The translations under genes were made by a program, and so were the position numbers. Positions 12,701 through 26,571 of a stretch of DNA of 64,000 nucleotides are shown here, piece after piece (the first letter of the stretch is position 1; each line of letters starts with the position of its first letter). Under the pieces are notes generated by a model. The model searched no databases and was not told where the DNA came from. It saw only the letters and a list, made by a program, of their open reading frames with translations. This DNA is from Dictyostelium discoideum. Lineage: Eukaryota. The DNA lies in assembly GCA_000004695.1 (NCBI GenBank), contig CM000154.2, positions 5,056,001 through 5,120,000 of the forward strand, in the 5' to 3' direction.

Positions 12701-13029
12701 TTTTAATGTTTAATTTTAAAAAAATATCAAAAAAAAAAAAAGGATTAATTATTTAAAGGGTGAAAAAAAAAAAAATGGAAAAAAAAAAAAAAAAAAGATA
12801 TATTGATTGAAACACAAATAACTATAAAATTCAAAAGAAAAATCTTTAAGTTGGTTTTTTTTTTATTTTAAAAAAAAAATAAAATAAAAATTTTTTTTTT
12901 TATTTTTTTTATTTTTTTTTTATTTTATTTTTTTTTATTTTTTTTTTTTTTTGAGAACAATGAAAATATGGGTGATGAATAATTTGTGCTTTTTACCTAA
13001 TTTTATTAATAATAAATGTTCAAAAATAA

Positions 13030-13155
13030 AATAAAATAAAAATGATAACTTAAATTATTTCCTTTTTTTTTTTTTTTTTTTTTTTTCTCTCATAGATTTA
13101 TTATTTTCACATTATTTAGTAAAATCAAACCAATAAATTCTATAAAATGTTAAGA
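13030..13155. repeat. about 120-bp dispersed repeat, copy 1 (see copy 2 at 13640-13775)
   Basis: Shared block ataaaataaaaatgataacttaaattatttcc-(T)n-ctct.a.agattt...ttttcacattatttagt. The distal 30 bp (aaatcaaaccaataaattctataaaatgtt) is present in copy 2 in inverted orientation. Confidence 0.75.
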
Positions 13156-13639
13156 TAAAAAAAAAAAATAAAAAAAAAATAATAAAATAAATAAAATAAA
13201 AATAATAATAAAAAAACAAATTTGTTTTATTAATTAAAATATATAGATTGATCCTTGGAAAGCAATAGCATCTAACCAAGAAGTTTATGCAACTTTTCTC
13301 TGGATCCAAATGTAAATTTAAACCTTTTATACCTACTGATAAAATGGATTTCCATTGTTTTCAAGTGGAAGATTGTTAATGGTATACCTATCCATAGAGA
13401 TGTACCATCTTGTTATAATATGATAGTCAAATGTAAGGTTGAAATCTATGCTTCTCATTTAAATACGAAAGATGATTTAATTTTCAATGTATTTAGTTCA
13501 GCTTTTTAAAAGAAAAAAAATAAATAAATCCATTCATTCATATTCCATTGTTCTAAAATAAATAAAAAATTAAAAATGAAAATATGAATGAATTTATTTT
13601 TTTTTAAAAAAAAAATAAAAAAAAAAAAAAAATAAATAA

Positions 13640-13775
13640 ATAAATAAAATAAAAATGATAACTTAAATTATTTCCTTTTTTTTTTTTCTCTTAAGATTTT
13701 TTTATTTTTTTTATTAATATTTTCACATTATTTAGTTAACATTTTATAGAATTTGGTTTGATTTTTTTAAGATTT
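13640..13775. repeat. about 120-bp dispersed repeat, copy 2, with a 30-bp subsegment inverted relative to copy 1
   Basis: taacattttatagaatttggtttgatt is the reverse complement of the copy-1 segment apart from a 3-nt indel. Confidence 0.75.
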
Positions 13776-13842
13776 TAAAAAGAAAAAAATAATTAAAAAA
13801 ATAAATAAATAAAAAAATATCAAAATCTGATAAAAATAGAAT

Positions 13843-13882
<40 letters not shown>

Positions 13883-14636
13883 TAATTTGATCATCAATAT
13901 ATTTAATCGCTTCAAACAATAGCTTTTTTTTCTTATAAGTTTATCATATCTTTTTTGGTTTCTCGTTGTTGATTACCATAAAATTAGTGGAATTTTTAGA
14001 AATCTTATAAATAAATTTTTTCTTTTTTTTTTCTTTTTTTTTTCATGAAAAAAATTCAAAATGAATTTAATTTAATTTTTTTAATTTTTTGAAAAAAAAA
14101 ATCATTCAAAAAAAAAAATATAAATTTAAAAAAAATTTTATCATTTTAATCATTTGTTAATCAAATATCAAAGTAAATATTATTATTATTATTGTATAAA
14201 TAATTAATTCAATTTTTTTTTTTTTCTTTTTCTCTCCCCATCTTTTGCAATGTAATAATACAAAAAAAAAAAAAAAAAAAAATAATATAAACAAATAAAT
14301 ATCAGAATCAACCCACACATATAAAAAAAAAAAAAAAACTCGCAGCATATTGGTTTTAAAAAAAAATAAAATAATAATAATAATACCCAAGATTAAAAAA
14401 GAAAAAAAAAAAAAAAAAAAAAAGGAATTTAATAATTAAAATTTAATATTCAAAAATAAAAAATATCATAATCAAATTTGATTTTTTTTTTTTTCTTTAT
14501 TTATTAACAAAACTATTCACACACCATCCGATCAATCTTTTTTTTTATGTTTTTTTTTTTTTTTCAGATATTTTTCCTCTAACTGCAAAATATCCTAATT
14601 TTTTTCAAAAAAAAACATTTTTTTTTTATTTTTTTC

Positions 14637-14667
<31 letters not shown>

Positions 14668-14812
14668 TTTTTTTTTTTTCTAAAAATTTTTTTTGATTAT
14701 TAACTTTATCAAATTTCTTTTTTTTTTTTTTTATAGATTTTTTTTTTTTTTTTTTTAATTTAAATTATTTTCTCCAAATTTATTTTTAATATACAAATAA
14801 TATATATATAAA

Positions 14813-17466
14813 ATGGCTACACCAGTCCAAGCTTCTACTGTAATTCGTGTTAAACCACATCATTATATTCATGTAAGTAATTTTGAATTTAATTTTTATA
14901 ATATAATAATTAAATATTTATATTAATAATTTATATTTTTTTTTTTTTTTATAAATTATTATTATTATTTATTAAATTCTTTTAGGTATTAGATAATAAT
15001 ACAAATGTTACAAGAGTTGAAGTTGGACCACAAACATTTACTAGACAAGATCATGAACGTGTATTAAATCCAACTCCATTACCAATGATTTTGATCCCAC
15101 CAAGACAATATTGTATTATTGAAAACCCAATTATTAGAGATAAAGAAGGTAAATTAGTTGTTGATAAATTCAATCAACCAAAACTCCGTCATGGTGATCA
15201 AGAAATTCGTTTCTCTCAAGATCCATTCCCATTATATCCAGGTGAAGTTGTCATTGCTCAACCAGTTCCATTACAAGTCATCCAAACCAATAGTGCACTT
15301 CGTTTGAAATGTCTTCGTGATTTCGTTGAAGTCAAAGCTGACAAAACCACAGTCAGTCACATTGCTGGTGATGAATGGTTATTCGAAGGTCCAGGTACCT
15401 ATTATCCACGTGTTGAAGTTCAAGTTGTTGAACCAGTTCGTGCAGTTATCATCAAAGAAAATCAAGCACTCAAATTACGTGCTCGTCTCTCATTTGTTGA
15501 CCGTCGTGATGTAGTTCGTCAAGTTGGTGAAGAATGGTTAGTTCGTGAAAGTGGTGCCTATCTTCCAGGTGTCAGTGAAGAAATTGTTGGTTTCATTCAA
15601 GCCTTAGTCTTAACCGATCGTATCGCTTATCAATTATTAGCCACTCGTTCATTCACCGATAGCTTTGGTAAAGTTAGAAAAGCTGGTGAAGAATGGATTA
15701 TCACTCAAAAGGATTGTGATACCTATATCCCAGATGTCAATGAAAAAGTCATTCGTGATATTAAAGCTATCACTCTTACCAATCGTCAATACTGTATCGT
15801 TGAGAATCCAATTGATCCAAAAACCGGTAAAAATAAATTGGGTCACAAAGAACTCCTCCAAGGTGATCGTACTTTCTTCCTTATGCCAGGTGAAAGTTTA
15901 GTTAAAGGTATCCAAAATGTTAATGTTTTATCTGAAGATGAAGCTTTACTCTTAAGTGCCAAAGAGGAATTTGTCGAAAAGAAAGGTACCACCACCATCG
16001 TTCACAAACCAGGTGATCTTTGGATGATTTATGGTCCATGTGATTACATTCCACCAATTCAAGTCGATGTTGTTGAACGTAGAAAGCGTATTCCATTAGA
16101 TGTCAACGAAGGTATCTATGTCCGTGATATTAAAACTGGTAAAGTTCGTTCAGTTCATGGTTCATCCTACATGTTATTACCAAATGAAGAACGTTGGGCT
16201 AAACCATTAGCACCAATCGTCGAAGAACTCCTCAAAAAATCTGCATCACGTGATCAAAATGAAGAACACAATGAATCTGATCGTGATTCAACCAAAGTTA
16301 TCACCTATCGTGTACCACACAATGCCGCCGTTCAAATCTTTGATTACAGAAAGAAAGAAGCTCGTGTTGTATTTGGTCCAGAACTTGTTATGTTAGAACC
16401 AGATGAGGAATTCACTGTTCTCTCTTTATCTGGTAAGATTCCAAAACGTCCAAATCACATTCGTTCATTGGCTCTCTTCTTGGGTCCAGATTTCATGACC
16501 GATTTAATCACTGTCGAAACTGCTGATCATGCTCGTCTCTCACTCAAATTATCTTACAACTGGCACTTTAAGGTCGAGCAAGACAATCCATCCAAATTAT
16601 TCGCCACCTCTGATTTCACTGGTGATTTATGTAAAGCCACTGGTAGTTTAGTTCGTGCCGCCGTCGCTGCCAGCACCTTTGATAACTTCCACAAACACTC
16701 TTCCGATATCATTCAACAAGCCGTTTTCGGTTCAACCGATGGTTCAAGCAATGATTGCTTATACTTTGAAACCAATGGTTTGGTCATCACAAACATTGAT
16801 GTTCAATCTGTAGAACCAGTCGATCAACGTACTCTTGATTCTTTACAAAAATCTGTTCAATTAGCCATTGAAATTACCACCAAATCACAAGAAGCCACTG
16901 CTCGTCAAGAAGCTGAACGTTTAGAACAAATGGCTCGTGGTGAACTTGAACGTCAAAAGATTATCGATGAAGCCAAGAACGAAGAATCTCGTTCCAAATT
17001 GGTCCAATTACAAGCTCAATCAGCTGCTGTCGAATCAACTGGTCAAGCTGTTGCTGAAGCTCGTGCTCGTGCTGAAGCCGCCATCATTGAAGCTGAAAGT
17101 GAAATCAAACAAGCTCGTCTCTCAACCAGAGCCATTGAAATTGAAGCTCTCTCTGAAATTGAAAATCTTAAAGCCAAACATATTGTTGAAATCCAACACA
17201 TCAAATCACTCAACAATCTCGAATTAATTAAAGCCAAAGAAAGTGCTACCATCGAAACTACCAAATTCGAAAACTATGTTGAAGCCCTCGGTTCCGATAC
17301 TATCAAATCAATCGCCCAAGCTCCAGAAGAAACCAAGGCTAAATTATTAGCTGGTTTGGGTCTCAAATCATTCATGATTACTGATGGTAAATCACCACTC
17401 AATCTTTTCGATACTGCCAATGGTTTAATTGCTGATGCTCAAAGATCAGAAGTCGATGAAGAATAA
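14813..17466 (+). CDS. mvpB: major vault protein (predicted 846 aa, fits the beta paralog)
   Basis: Exon 1 is 14813..14872 ([20 protein letters not shown], donor GTAAGT). The intron runs to TTTTAG at 14984-14985. Exon 2 is 14986..17466. The N-terminus matches the vault consensus ([26 protein letters not shown]). Multiple MVP repeat domains are followed by a C-terminal coiled-coil. The paralog call (mvpB rather than mvpA) rests only on the predicted 846-aa length. Confidence 0.85.
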
Positions 17467-17814
17467 AATTTTTAGTAATCACAGAAAAAAAAAAAAAAAA
17501 TCTAAAAAACTAAACAAATTTAAAATTATATTTTTACAGCTTAATTGCCAAAGTAAAAATATAAAAACTAATAAACAAATAATGTAAAATTAAAATTAAA
17601 TTTAACTTTTTTTTCTTTTTTTTTTTTTCTTTTTTTCCAAAATATATTATATTTTCAAATAAAATATTATTTCAAACCTTTCTATTATTTATTTTTAAAA
17701 TATACTTTTATTTATTTATTTTTTTAATTATTGATTTAATTTTATTACTTTTGTTTGAAATATTTTTTTTTTATTTTTTTTTTATTTTTTTCTTTTTTTA
17801 TTATTATTATTTAA

Positions 17815-20800
17815 TTAATTTGTTGGATTACCTGGTTGACCACCAATATTAAAACCTTTTGTAGTTTGTTTTGGTTTTAAAGTGTTGTTGGTTTTATCAC
17901 CACCAGAGATAACAGATAATGGAGAAGCAGAAGTTTGTTTAACAAAAGTTAAAGGTGATAATCTTTCAATTGAGATAGCATTGATATCATTTGGTGAACC
18001 AGATGGTGGTGGAACTAATAAAGAACGAGCTTCTTCATTTGAAACTGGAACTGGACCTGGTCTCTTCCATTCTTCAATACCCCAAATTTGTTGAGCATAC
18101 TCTTTAATGGTTCTATCTGAACTGAATTTACCACAACAAACTGAAGCCATAATTGATTTTTTAGCCCATTTAGCTCTATCTTTGAAATCTTGATCAATTG
18201 AATTTTGAATATCCAAGTAAGAACCAAAATCATAACTAAGAATGTAATGATCATTGCCACCACTAACAGAGTTGATAATATCTTGGAATTGTTCATGTGG
18301 ACCAAAAGTATCTTCTTTAATAGCGGTTAAAACACGAGCCCATCTAGTGTCTGGTGTGAATTTTCCATCATGAATAATTTTCTTTACTTTGTTGACCTCT
18401 TCAGAACGAGCACCAAAGATGTACATATTTTCATGACCAATGGCATCACGAATTTCAATGTTTGCACCATCCAAAGTACCAATGATAAGACCACCATTCA
18501 TACTGAATTTCATATTACTTGTACCAGATGCTTCAGTACCAGCGGTTGAAATATGTTGAGAGATATCAGAAGCTGGAATAATAATTTCAGCATTTGAAAC
18601 ACAATAGTTTGGAATGAATACAACCTTGAGAAGATCACCAACCTTTGGATCATTATTAACGACATCAGCTACAGAGTTGATTAATTTAATGATAAGTTTT
18701 GCCATGTAATAACCTGGAGCAGCTTTACCACCGAAAATGACAACTCTTGGAGCAACCTTTTTACCTTCTTTAATATCCAAATAACGATTGATAACAGAGA
18801 GGACATTTAAAAGTTGACGTTTATATTCATGGAAACGTTTAACTTGAACATCGAATAATACATCAACATTAACTTGAATATCGCATCTCTTTTCAATATA
18901 TTTGGCCAAACGAATCTTATTGTTACGTTTAATTTCCATCCATTCTTTTTGAAATGAAGAATTATCAGCCAAATGAACCAAATCTTTAATGATATCCAAA
19001 TTTACCAACCATCTGTCAGAGTTTAAGGAACGAGTAATAAGTTCAGCAAGTTGAGGATTTGATTGTTGAATCCAACGTCTTGGAGTGACACCATTGGTTT
19101 TATTTTGGAATTTGTTTGGCCAGATTTCATAAAACAATGGGAATACATCATGTTTTACCAATTCTGAATGAAGATAAGCAACACCATTAATTGTATGAGA
19201 GCCAACGATTGCCAAAAATGCCATACGAATGAATTTACCATCAGATTCATCAATGATTGATAGAGCTCTTCTCTTTGACATATCACCTGGCCATTTTTGG
19301 TCAACAAGTTTTAAGAATCTTTCATTGATTTCATAGATAATCATTATATGTCTTGGTAAAACATTTTCAACCATTGAAACGCTCCATTTCTCCAATGCTT
19401 CAGGAAGAACGGTATGATTGGTATATGAGAAGGTCTTTGTTGTAATATCCCAAGCTTCATCCCAACTCTTTTTCTCTTCATCAATGAGAATTCTCATTAG
19501 CTCTGGAATACCAAGTGTTGGATGAGTATCATTCAATTGAATGGCATGGAAATTGTGAAACTCTGAAAATGGTTTACCAGTTTCTTTGAATTGAGAGATA
19601 ATATCTTGAATGGTTGCAGAAACAAACAAATATTGTTGTTTAAGACGTAATTCTTTACCTTGCATAGTATTATCATTTGGATAGAGGACATTGGTAATGT
19701 TTTCAGATTTCTCCTTCTCTTCAATGGCACCCAAATAATCACCACGATTAAATGAATCAAGATTAAATTCATCAGATGGTTTTGAACTCCAAAGTCTAAT
19801 TGCAACAGTATTATAAGTTTTAAAACCCGGAATTGGATAATCATAGGCAACGGCTAACATTTGTTCACCTTGATCCCATTTCATAACTTTTTTGCCATTT
19901 TCATCTTCAACTTCACTAACTTTACCATAGAAATTAATTGGATAGCTAACATCCAAACGTTCAATTTCCCATGGTGATCCATAATTTAACCAATAATCTG
20001 GTAATTCAACTTGTTCACCATCAACTAATGTTTGATAAAACATACCAAATTTATAACGTAAACCATAGCCATATCCTGGAAAATTACAAGTTGCTAATGA
20101 ATCCATAAAACCTAAATTTTAAAAAAATTAAAAAAAATTAAAAAAAAAAAAAATTAATAAAAATATAAAAAATATATTTAAACAATATATTAAATTTCTC
20201 TCTTTTTTTACATACATGCAGCTAAACGACCAAGACCACCATTACCTAAACCTGCATCTCTTTCTTCATCATAGAGATCTTCAAGTTTGAAACCCAAGTC
20301 CATTAAAGCATCAGAATATTTACCAACTAAGCCCAATGCACTAAGAGAGTTTTGAAGAGATCTACCCAATAAAAATTCCAAAGACATATAGTTTACTTGT
20401 TTAACATTCTTTTGTTTAAAGAAAAGTTTGGTATCCTTCCATCTCTCAATGAGTCTATCCCTGGTACAATATGAAAGTGCTTGGAAACTTGAGAAATCAG
20501 TACATTCACTCTTGGTTTGAGCCAAAGTATATTCAACATGTTTAACAAATTCTTTTTGAAGTGAACCCTTATCCTCTGGAAGATAGCTTGCCAAGAAAGC
20601 CCAAAGTAAAGCTTGTTCTTTTTCTTTATCACTTTCAAATTTCAATGAAGATAATTGAGTAGCAGGATCTTCTGATTGATTTGATGTTTGTTTTTGTTGT
20701 TGTTGTTGAGGTTGTTGATTTTGTTGTTCTTGATTTCTTTTATTTTTTGATTCTTCATAAAGTTGCTGTTGATGTTTTGCAACCAACCTTTTTAAAAAAT

Positions 20801-21010
20801 AGAGAAATTAAAAAATATTTAAAAATATTAATATCAAATTTAATATTCTTTTAAAAAAAAAATAAAAATATTAAAAAAATTTTTTTTTAAAATTACTTTG
20901 GGTTGGAATTTGATCTTGGTGGGTGACTGGTTGCAGATGTAATTGATCCTGATCTATTTAATTTTGGTTTATCAAAGCCAGGAGAATTGGTACTTCTTTT
21001 TTCTTCCATT
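17815..21010 (-). CDS. glpD: glycogen phosphorylase 2 (form with Gln-rich N-terminal extension)
   Basis: Three exons: 20887..21010 (MEEKRSTNSPGFDKPKLNRSGS..., donor AA|GTAATT), 20215..about 20790 (Gln-rich stretch, then GLGNGGLGRLAAC), and 17815..20111. Splicing regenerates RLAACFMDSLAT, matching rabbit RLAACFLDSMAT. The PLP-site motif EASGTSNMKFSMNGG is present. Predicted length is about 995 aa, consistent with the 993-aa GP2 rather than the 853-aa GP1. Confidence 0.8.
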
Positions 21011-21168
21011 TTTTTTTAATTTGTTTTATTATTTTATTTTTTTTTTTATTTTGTTTTTTTTTTTATTTTTTTTTTTTTAATGAATAATATAAAAAGAAAT
21101 ACAAAGAAATATTAATTTATTGATGAAAAAAATAATAATATAATAAATAATGAAAAAAACCAAAATAT

Positions 21169-21200
<32 letters not shown>

Positions 21201-21768
21201 TAATAAAAAAAAAAAAAGTAAATTAATTTAAATAAAAATAATATATTTGGTGGTGTTTGATAAAATTTGTTTTTTGTATGGAGCTATTTTTTCACAGATA
21301 CCACTAAAATTTTTTTATTTGTGTTTAAAAAATTGTGAGTGGGTGAGTTTGCACTGTTTTTTTTTTTCCAACAATAGTGGGTAGAATAATACATTGTAAA
21401 CTACATTATTAAAAAAAATTAATAAAAAAAAAAAAAAAAAAAAAAAATTCCATTTTTAGTTTATCCATTTTTAATTATTTTCATTATTATTACTATTATT
21501 TTTATTATTATAATTATTATAATTATTTTTTTAATTTTAATTTTTTTTTTTTTTTTTTTTTTGAATTATTATTATTTTTAAAAACACAATCAATAATTTA
21601 TTTGTTCTTTATTATAATTAATTTTTAATATTTTTATTTGTTTATTTATTATTTTTATTATTTTTTTTATTTTTTGATTAGTTTTTAATTTAAAAATAAT
21701 TTAAATTTAAATTATTTGATTTTGGACTTTATGGATTTTTTTTTTGGATTTTTTTTTTTTTTTTTTTT

Positions 21769-23586
21769 TTAATAACCTCTAAAATCTTTAAAAGATTTTG
21801 AAATTGAAATGATTTTTTCAAATTTAATTAATAATTGTTCCAATTTTTTAATAGTTTCTTGATTGAGGGAAGAACGTTGTCTATTAAAGATTGATTTGAA
21901 AGTTGATTCACGATTTTCAAGTGATTGAAGTATTTGTTTACTAGAGAATAATCTACGTTCAGTAGCGGTTTGAATAGTGTTTATGAGAGATTCGACAAGA
22001 TAAAAGTAAACACTAGTTATATAGATAAGTGATTCATCTTCTTCTTTCCAAGAGCCTTTTTCAATGGTATTATTGTAATAGTCAACCAAGATCCAATAAT
22101 CTATTTTTACATGATCATGTAAAGAGCTTGTTAACCAATTTGGTGAGATTTCTTTCTTTTCAGCTTCACTCTTATTTCTTGAGAAATTGAAAATGGCTCT
22201 TTCACCATAGTTTATAATGAATTCAACAGGAAAAGTGATTTCATTTGGATAGAAATCATAACCAATATTACTAATCTTTGAAACCAATGATTCAATGACA
22301 CCACCGACGGAAATCTTTAAACCATCATCATTTTCAGCATTATCATCCAAAGATAAATTTGAAGATGGTGGTGGAATTTCTTTATCGATAATAATTTTCC
22401 AAAGGATTTGAATAAAGTTTTGATCACTATGATTACCAATATGACAAAGATATAACATTTGTTCATGAAGATAGTATTTTCTTGCATAATCAGTGAATAA
22501 AGTTGTAATATCAAAGATTGTTTTATTAAGATTTGAAATTGATTCCTTAATTTGATTAATATCAAATGGTTGACCACCATTATTATTACTACTATTGTTT
22601 CTATTATTTGATTCATTTGGATTATTTAGATAATTTTCTAATTGAAGTACAATTTGTTTTTGAATATTTGCAAATGTAATTTGATTCTTTGCTTGAATGT
22701 AAGCATCTTCATCCTTTTGTTCACTTAGAATCATAGTACAATTTGTGTAGGCTAAAATCTTTTCATCTAAAGTTGTAGAACGTTCAGCGATTTGGAATAA
22801 TACATGAACTGCTTTTAATAATTCTTGATGTTTTGCTAAAACTTTCCAACAAAGATCAATATCATTTGCAAAAAGGAATTCAGTAATAAATGGTGTATTA
22901 ATTTCAAAGAATTTTGATGTCATTCCATTGTTTAATATCCATGAATAAATCATTTCATGTGCTAATCTATCTTGACATACTAAAACTTGTTGAATTATAA
23001 TATCAATAATTTCAAATGTATTATTATAATTATTATTATCACCACCACCACCACCACTATTATTATTATTATTATTATTATCAGATTGAATAAAATTTAA
23101 AAGTTTAATAATTTCTTGAAAAGTTGATTTCTTTTGTGATAATTTTAATTTAAATTCATCAGAAGGATTATTTGAAGGTATTAAAGTGATACCACGTGGA
23201 TCTAAATCTTGAGCATATTGTAAACAGAGTGGAGTGACATAATTGAAAGCTTTAATAGCAATGAATAAATCAACAATCTCTGATAAATTATAATTTGGTG
23301 AAATTGAATCTAAAATCAATGCTGAATCTTTAACCAATGAATCAGTGAAATAGGTTGAACCATCACGTAATACCATATTAAGTTTTTCTTTAACCTTATA
23401 AAGTTCTCTATTCTCTTTTTTAAAGAATATTGGACATTCAGTCTCTAATTGATTAGAAACTTGATCAATATTAATATTATGACTATTTAATGTTTTCATT
23501 AATGAATCAATTAATAAAGTTAATGTTGAATTACTTGTTGATGTTGTTAGTGGTGATGTTGATGATGATGATGATGATGTTGTTGA

Positions 23587-23626
<40 letters not shown>

Positions 23627-24975
23627 AAACTACTAATTGTTGGTAATGGTAAATTTTTACCAAGTATATCACTATTTAAAATATCTCTAAATTTTAATAA
23701 ATCAATTTTTCTTTTAATATCTAATTCAATTGAAGATGAATCAAATAATTGTTTAAAATTATATTGAGAAAGAATTAAGAATAAATTTAAAATTTGAATT
23801 GATTTAACAATAATATTCTTTAAACCAATTAAACTTCTTTTTTCATTTTTAATAGCTTCATCTTCACCATAGATTTCATTTGAACTGGAGTTATTGGCTG
23901 TAGTTGTTGTTGTTGTTGTTGAAGAAGTTTTATTTGTGGCAATTTTAATGATTGGAATTTCTTGACCTTTTGGAATTAATTGAGAGATATCTAAAAATGA
24001 TAATAAATTACTAAGATGAGATTGAAAGAGTTGAAGTTGAACGATAGACCAATAGGAACAACCAGCTGATGTGACAACTGATTGATTCCATAATGGATAA
24101 AGTACACGAGCCAAATAAGCCAATAAACCATTGTAAGCATTTGAATACATGAGTTCAGTTTTATTTACAGGAGCACCCATATCACCAAACATTTGTTGAA
24201 TGACCACTGGTTGATAATATTGTGGTTTACCACTCTTTCTTCTTAGAAAAGTCATAGCAAGATCAGCGATTCTAGTGGTGGTTGTCTTTGGTATACTGAT
24301 TCCCGAATAAACTTGATCATGTAATAGAATGGAGCTATGTGGTGAGGAGCAATAGAGACTAATACAAAGTGATGAGGCGATGATTTTACCAAATGCATCG
24401 AAAAAGTTATCAATATCTTGTGGATTATTTGAAGAGAGAATATTCTGTAACAAATCGACATATCTTAGTTTGCTAATGAAATGAAGTCCCAATGAATTTA
24501 AACATAGGAAACGACGTGGTGTATTCATATGTTCGTTGGATAACTCTTTGTAGTAAACGGTTGGTTTACCATCATTAACGATATCCTCTTTAATGACTGA
24601 TACACGACCACGAATTGAAAATAGATTTGATTTCTCTGATAAAGTATCTTGTGAGATTTGATTTGAGAATCCACTTTTACTAGTTTCATAATGTGATTTT
24701 ATAATATCATTACCAAACAATGTGGTACCAACTAATCTATCCTCTTGATCACTAACTTCTGATGCTGTAAAGAATACACCATTCGAATAATAGGTATAAT
24801 GAATATTACTATTACCATTATTATCAACATTATTTGGTGGTGATCTAATATAGGCTAATCTATTCAATGTATAATATAATCTTTCACCACTTGATAAAAT
24901 CGCTATAAAATTAAATTCAGTTTCTTTTGGTGAAATATGAATTGACATTATTACCATATTTTTACGTGAAAAATT

Positions 24976-25010
<35 letters not shown>

Positions 25011-26571
25011 GAAGAGGTTGCTGTTGTTGTTGTTGTTGACCATATTGATTTGGTTGTTGTTGTTGTTGTTGTTGACCATATTGTGATTGTTGGTATTGTT
25101 GATTTTGTTGTTGCTGTTGATATTGATATTGTTGTGAATAATAATTATTATTATTATTATTATTATTAATATTATTATTAAATAATGAATCAATATCATT
25201 AATTGGATAAATAGTTTTAAGATGTTCAAATTTATCACCAATTTTACCTAAACTATAAACATTGATTGTTGAATCTTTTGATAAACTATATAAAAGATAA
25301 CGATCTTCATCATAGATTAATTGAATGATCTCTTTTTTCTTTGATAAATTTATAAATGAATTGAAAAAGGTTTGAGTGAGATTAATTTTTTTAATCTTTT
25401 CATTACTAAACCAAAATAAATTATCTTTACTATATTCAATTTCATAAATATTACCATCTTGTCCTGATAAAAATATTCTACCTTCTTTTGTACCAACTAT
25501 ATCTGTTATAAATATATTATCTGATGGTATTGATAATGCTTAAAAAAAAAAAAAAAAAAAATTTAAAAATTAGTATGAAATTTAAAATCTTTAAAAAAAA
25601 AACATAAACTTACTTGATAAAATTTCAAATTTAGTTTCATTTGAATAACAAAGTGCAAATAAGAAAATTTCAACATGAGTACAAACTACCATAACTTTTT
25701 TAACAGCATCTTTAAAAGTATTTTTCTTTGGTTGAATGAGGGCACAATTTGTGATAATTTGAGATAGATTATGAGAGATTAATTCACCAGAATCACGATA
25801 ATCCCAAAGGTAAAGAGTTTGATCGATTGAAATCCATGCTCTACCAATCTCTGGGAATAAACCCAATAATGATTTGGTTGATGTACTTAAATAACCATTT
25901 GTAATCTCTTGTGGTAATTCAATATGTTTTTCAATGACCAATGTTGACCAGAAATAACTACCACCATCGAAATAATTAAATCCTGGATCACGTTTATATA
26001 ATACCTTTAAGGTTGGATCTGGTATTGTAGCTACTTTATCAATTGATGAATCAATTGATTCAATTGAATTTAAAAAGATTTTCTTTAAATCCTCTTCTTT
26101 ATTAAATGGTGTAATCGATAATAAACTATTGGTTTTCTTTTGCCTCATTAATTCCTGTTGTTCTTGTTCTTGTTGTTGTTGTTGTTTTTGTTGTTGTTCT
26201 TTTAGTTCTTGCTGTTGTTGTTCTTGTTCTTTTTCTTGTTGTGATGGAGATTGTGTTTGTGTTTGTTGTGGTTGTTGTTGTGGTTGTGCTTGTGGTTGTG
26301 TCTGTTGATCCTGTTGGTAAACAATATTATTATTATTAATATTATTATTATTATTAATTATGTTATTATTAATAAGTGGGGTTTGATAATGATATTGTGG
26401 TTGAATAATTCTTTGTTGACTTTGTAGAGGGAATAAATTATTTGATATTCCAGAGGTGGGTGTTTGAATATTATTTCTATATATGGATTGTTGTTCTGGT
26501 GATGGTAAATAATTAAATTGACCATTCTGGTTATTATACCCTAAGTTTGGGTATAATTGTGATTGACGCAT
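21769..26571 (-). CDS. nucleoporin Nup155/Nup170 family
   Basis: Two exons: 25614..26571 (donor CAA|GTAAGT, phase 1) and 21769..25538 (acceptor TTTTAAG). Exon 1 contains LFPEIGRAWISIDQTLYLWDY, matching human Nup155 [23 protein letters not shown]. Exon 2 contains TKEGRIFLSGQDGNIYEIEYS, matching [20 protein letters not shown]. Predicted length is about 1580 aa, inflated by poly-Gln, poly-Asn and poly-Thr insertions. Confidence 0.8.

Noticed and set aside
13112-14390. ORFs made of poly-Phe/Ile/Lys (13112..13309, 14157..14390) and similar ones at 45124-45557, 47543-48048, 48401-49190, 58718-59676, 62449-62667, 63585-63902
   Set aside because: These translate homopolymer and (ATT)n/(A)n tracts in about 95% A+T intergenic DNA. 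No start context and no complexity.
15317-17264. Several 65-96-aa ORFs on both strands inside the vault-protein gene
   Set aside because: Embedded in the continuous 827-codon MVP exon. No independent start context or conservation signal.
24927-25241. Poly-Val (plus) and poly-Ile/Asn (minus) ORFs
   Set aside because: These are alternative-frame or antisense readings of the (CAA)n poly-Gln tract inside Nup155 exon 2.
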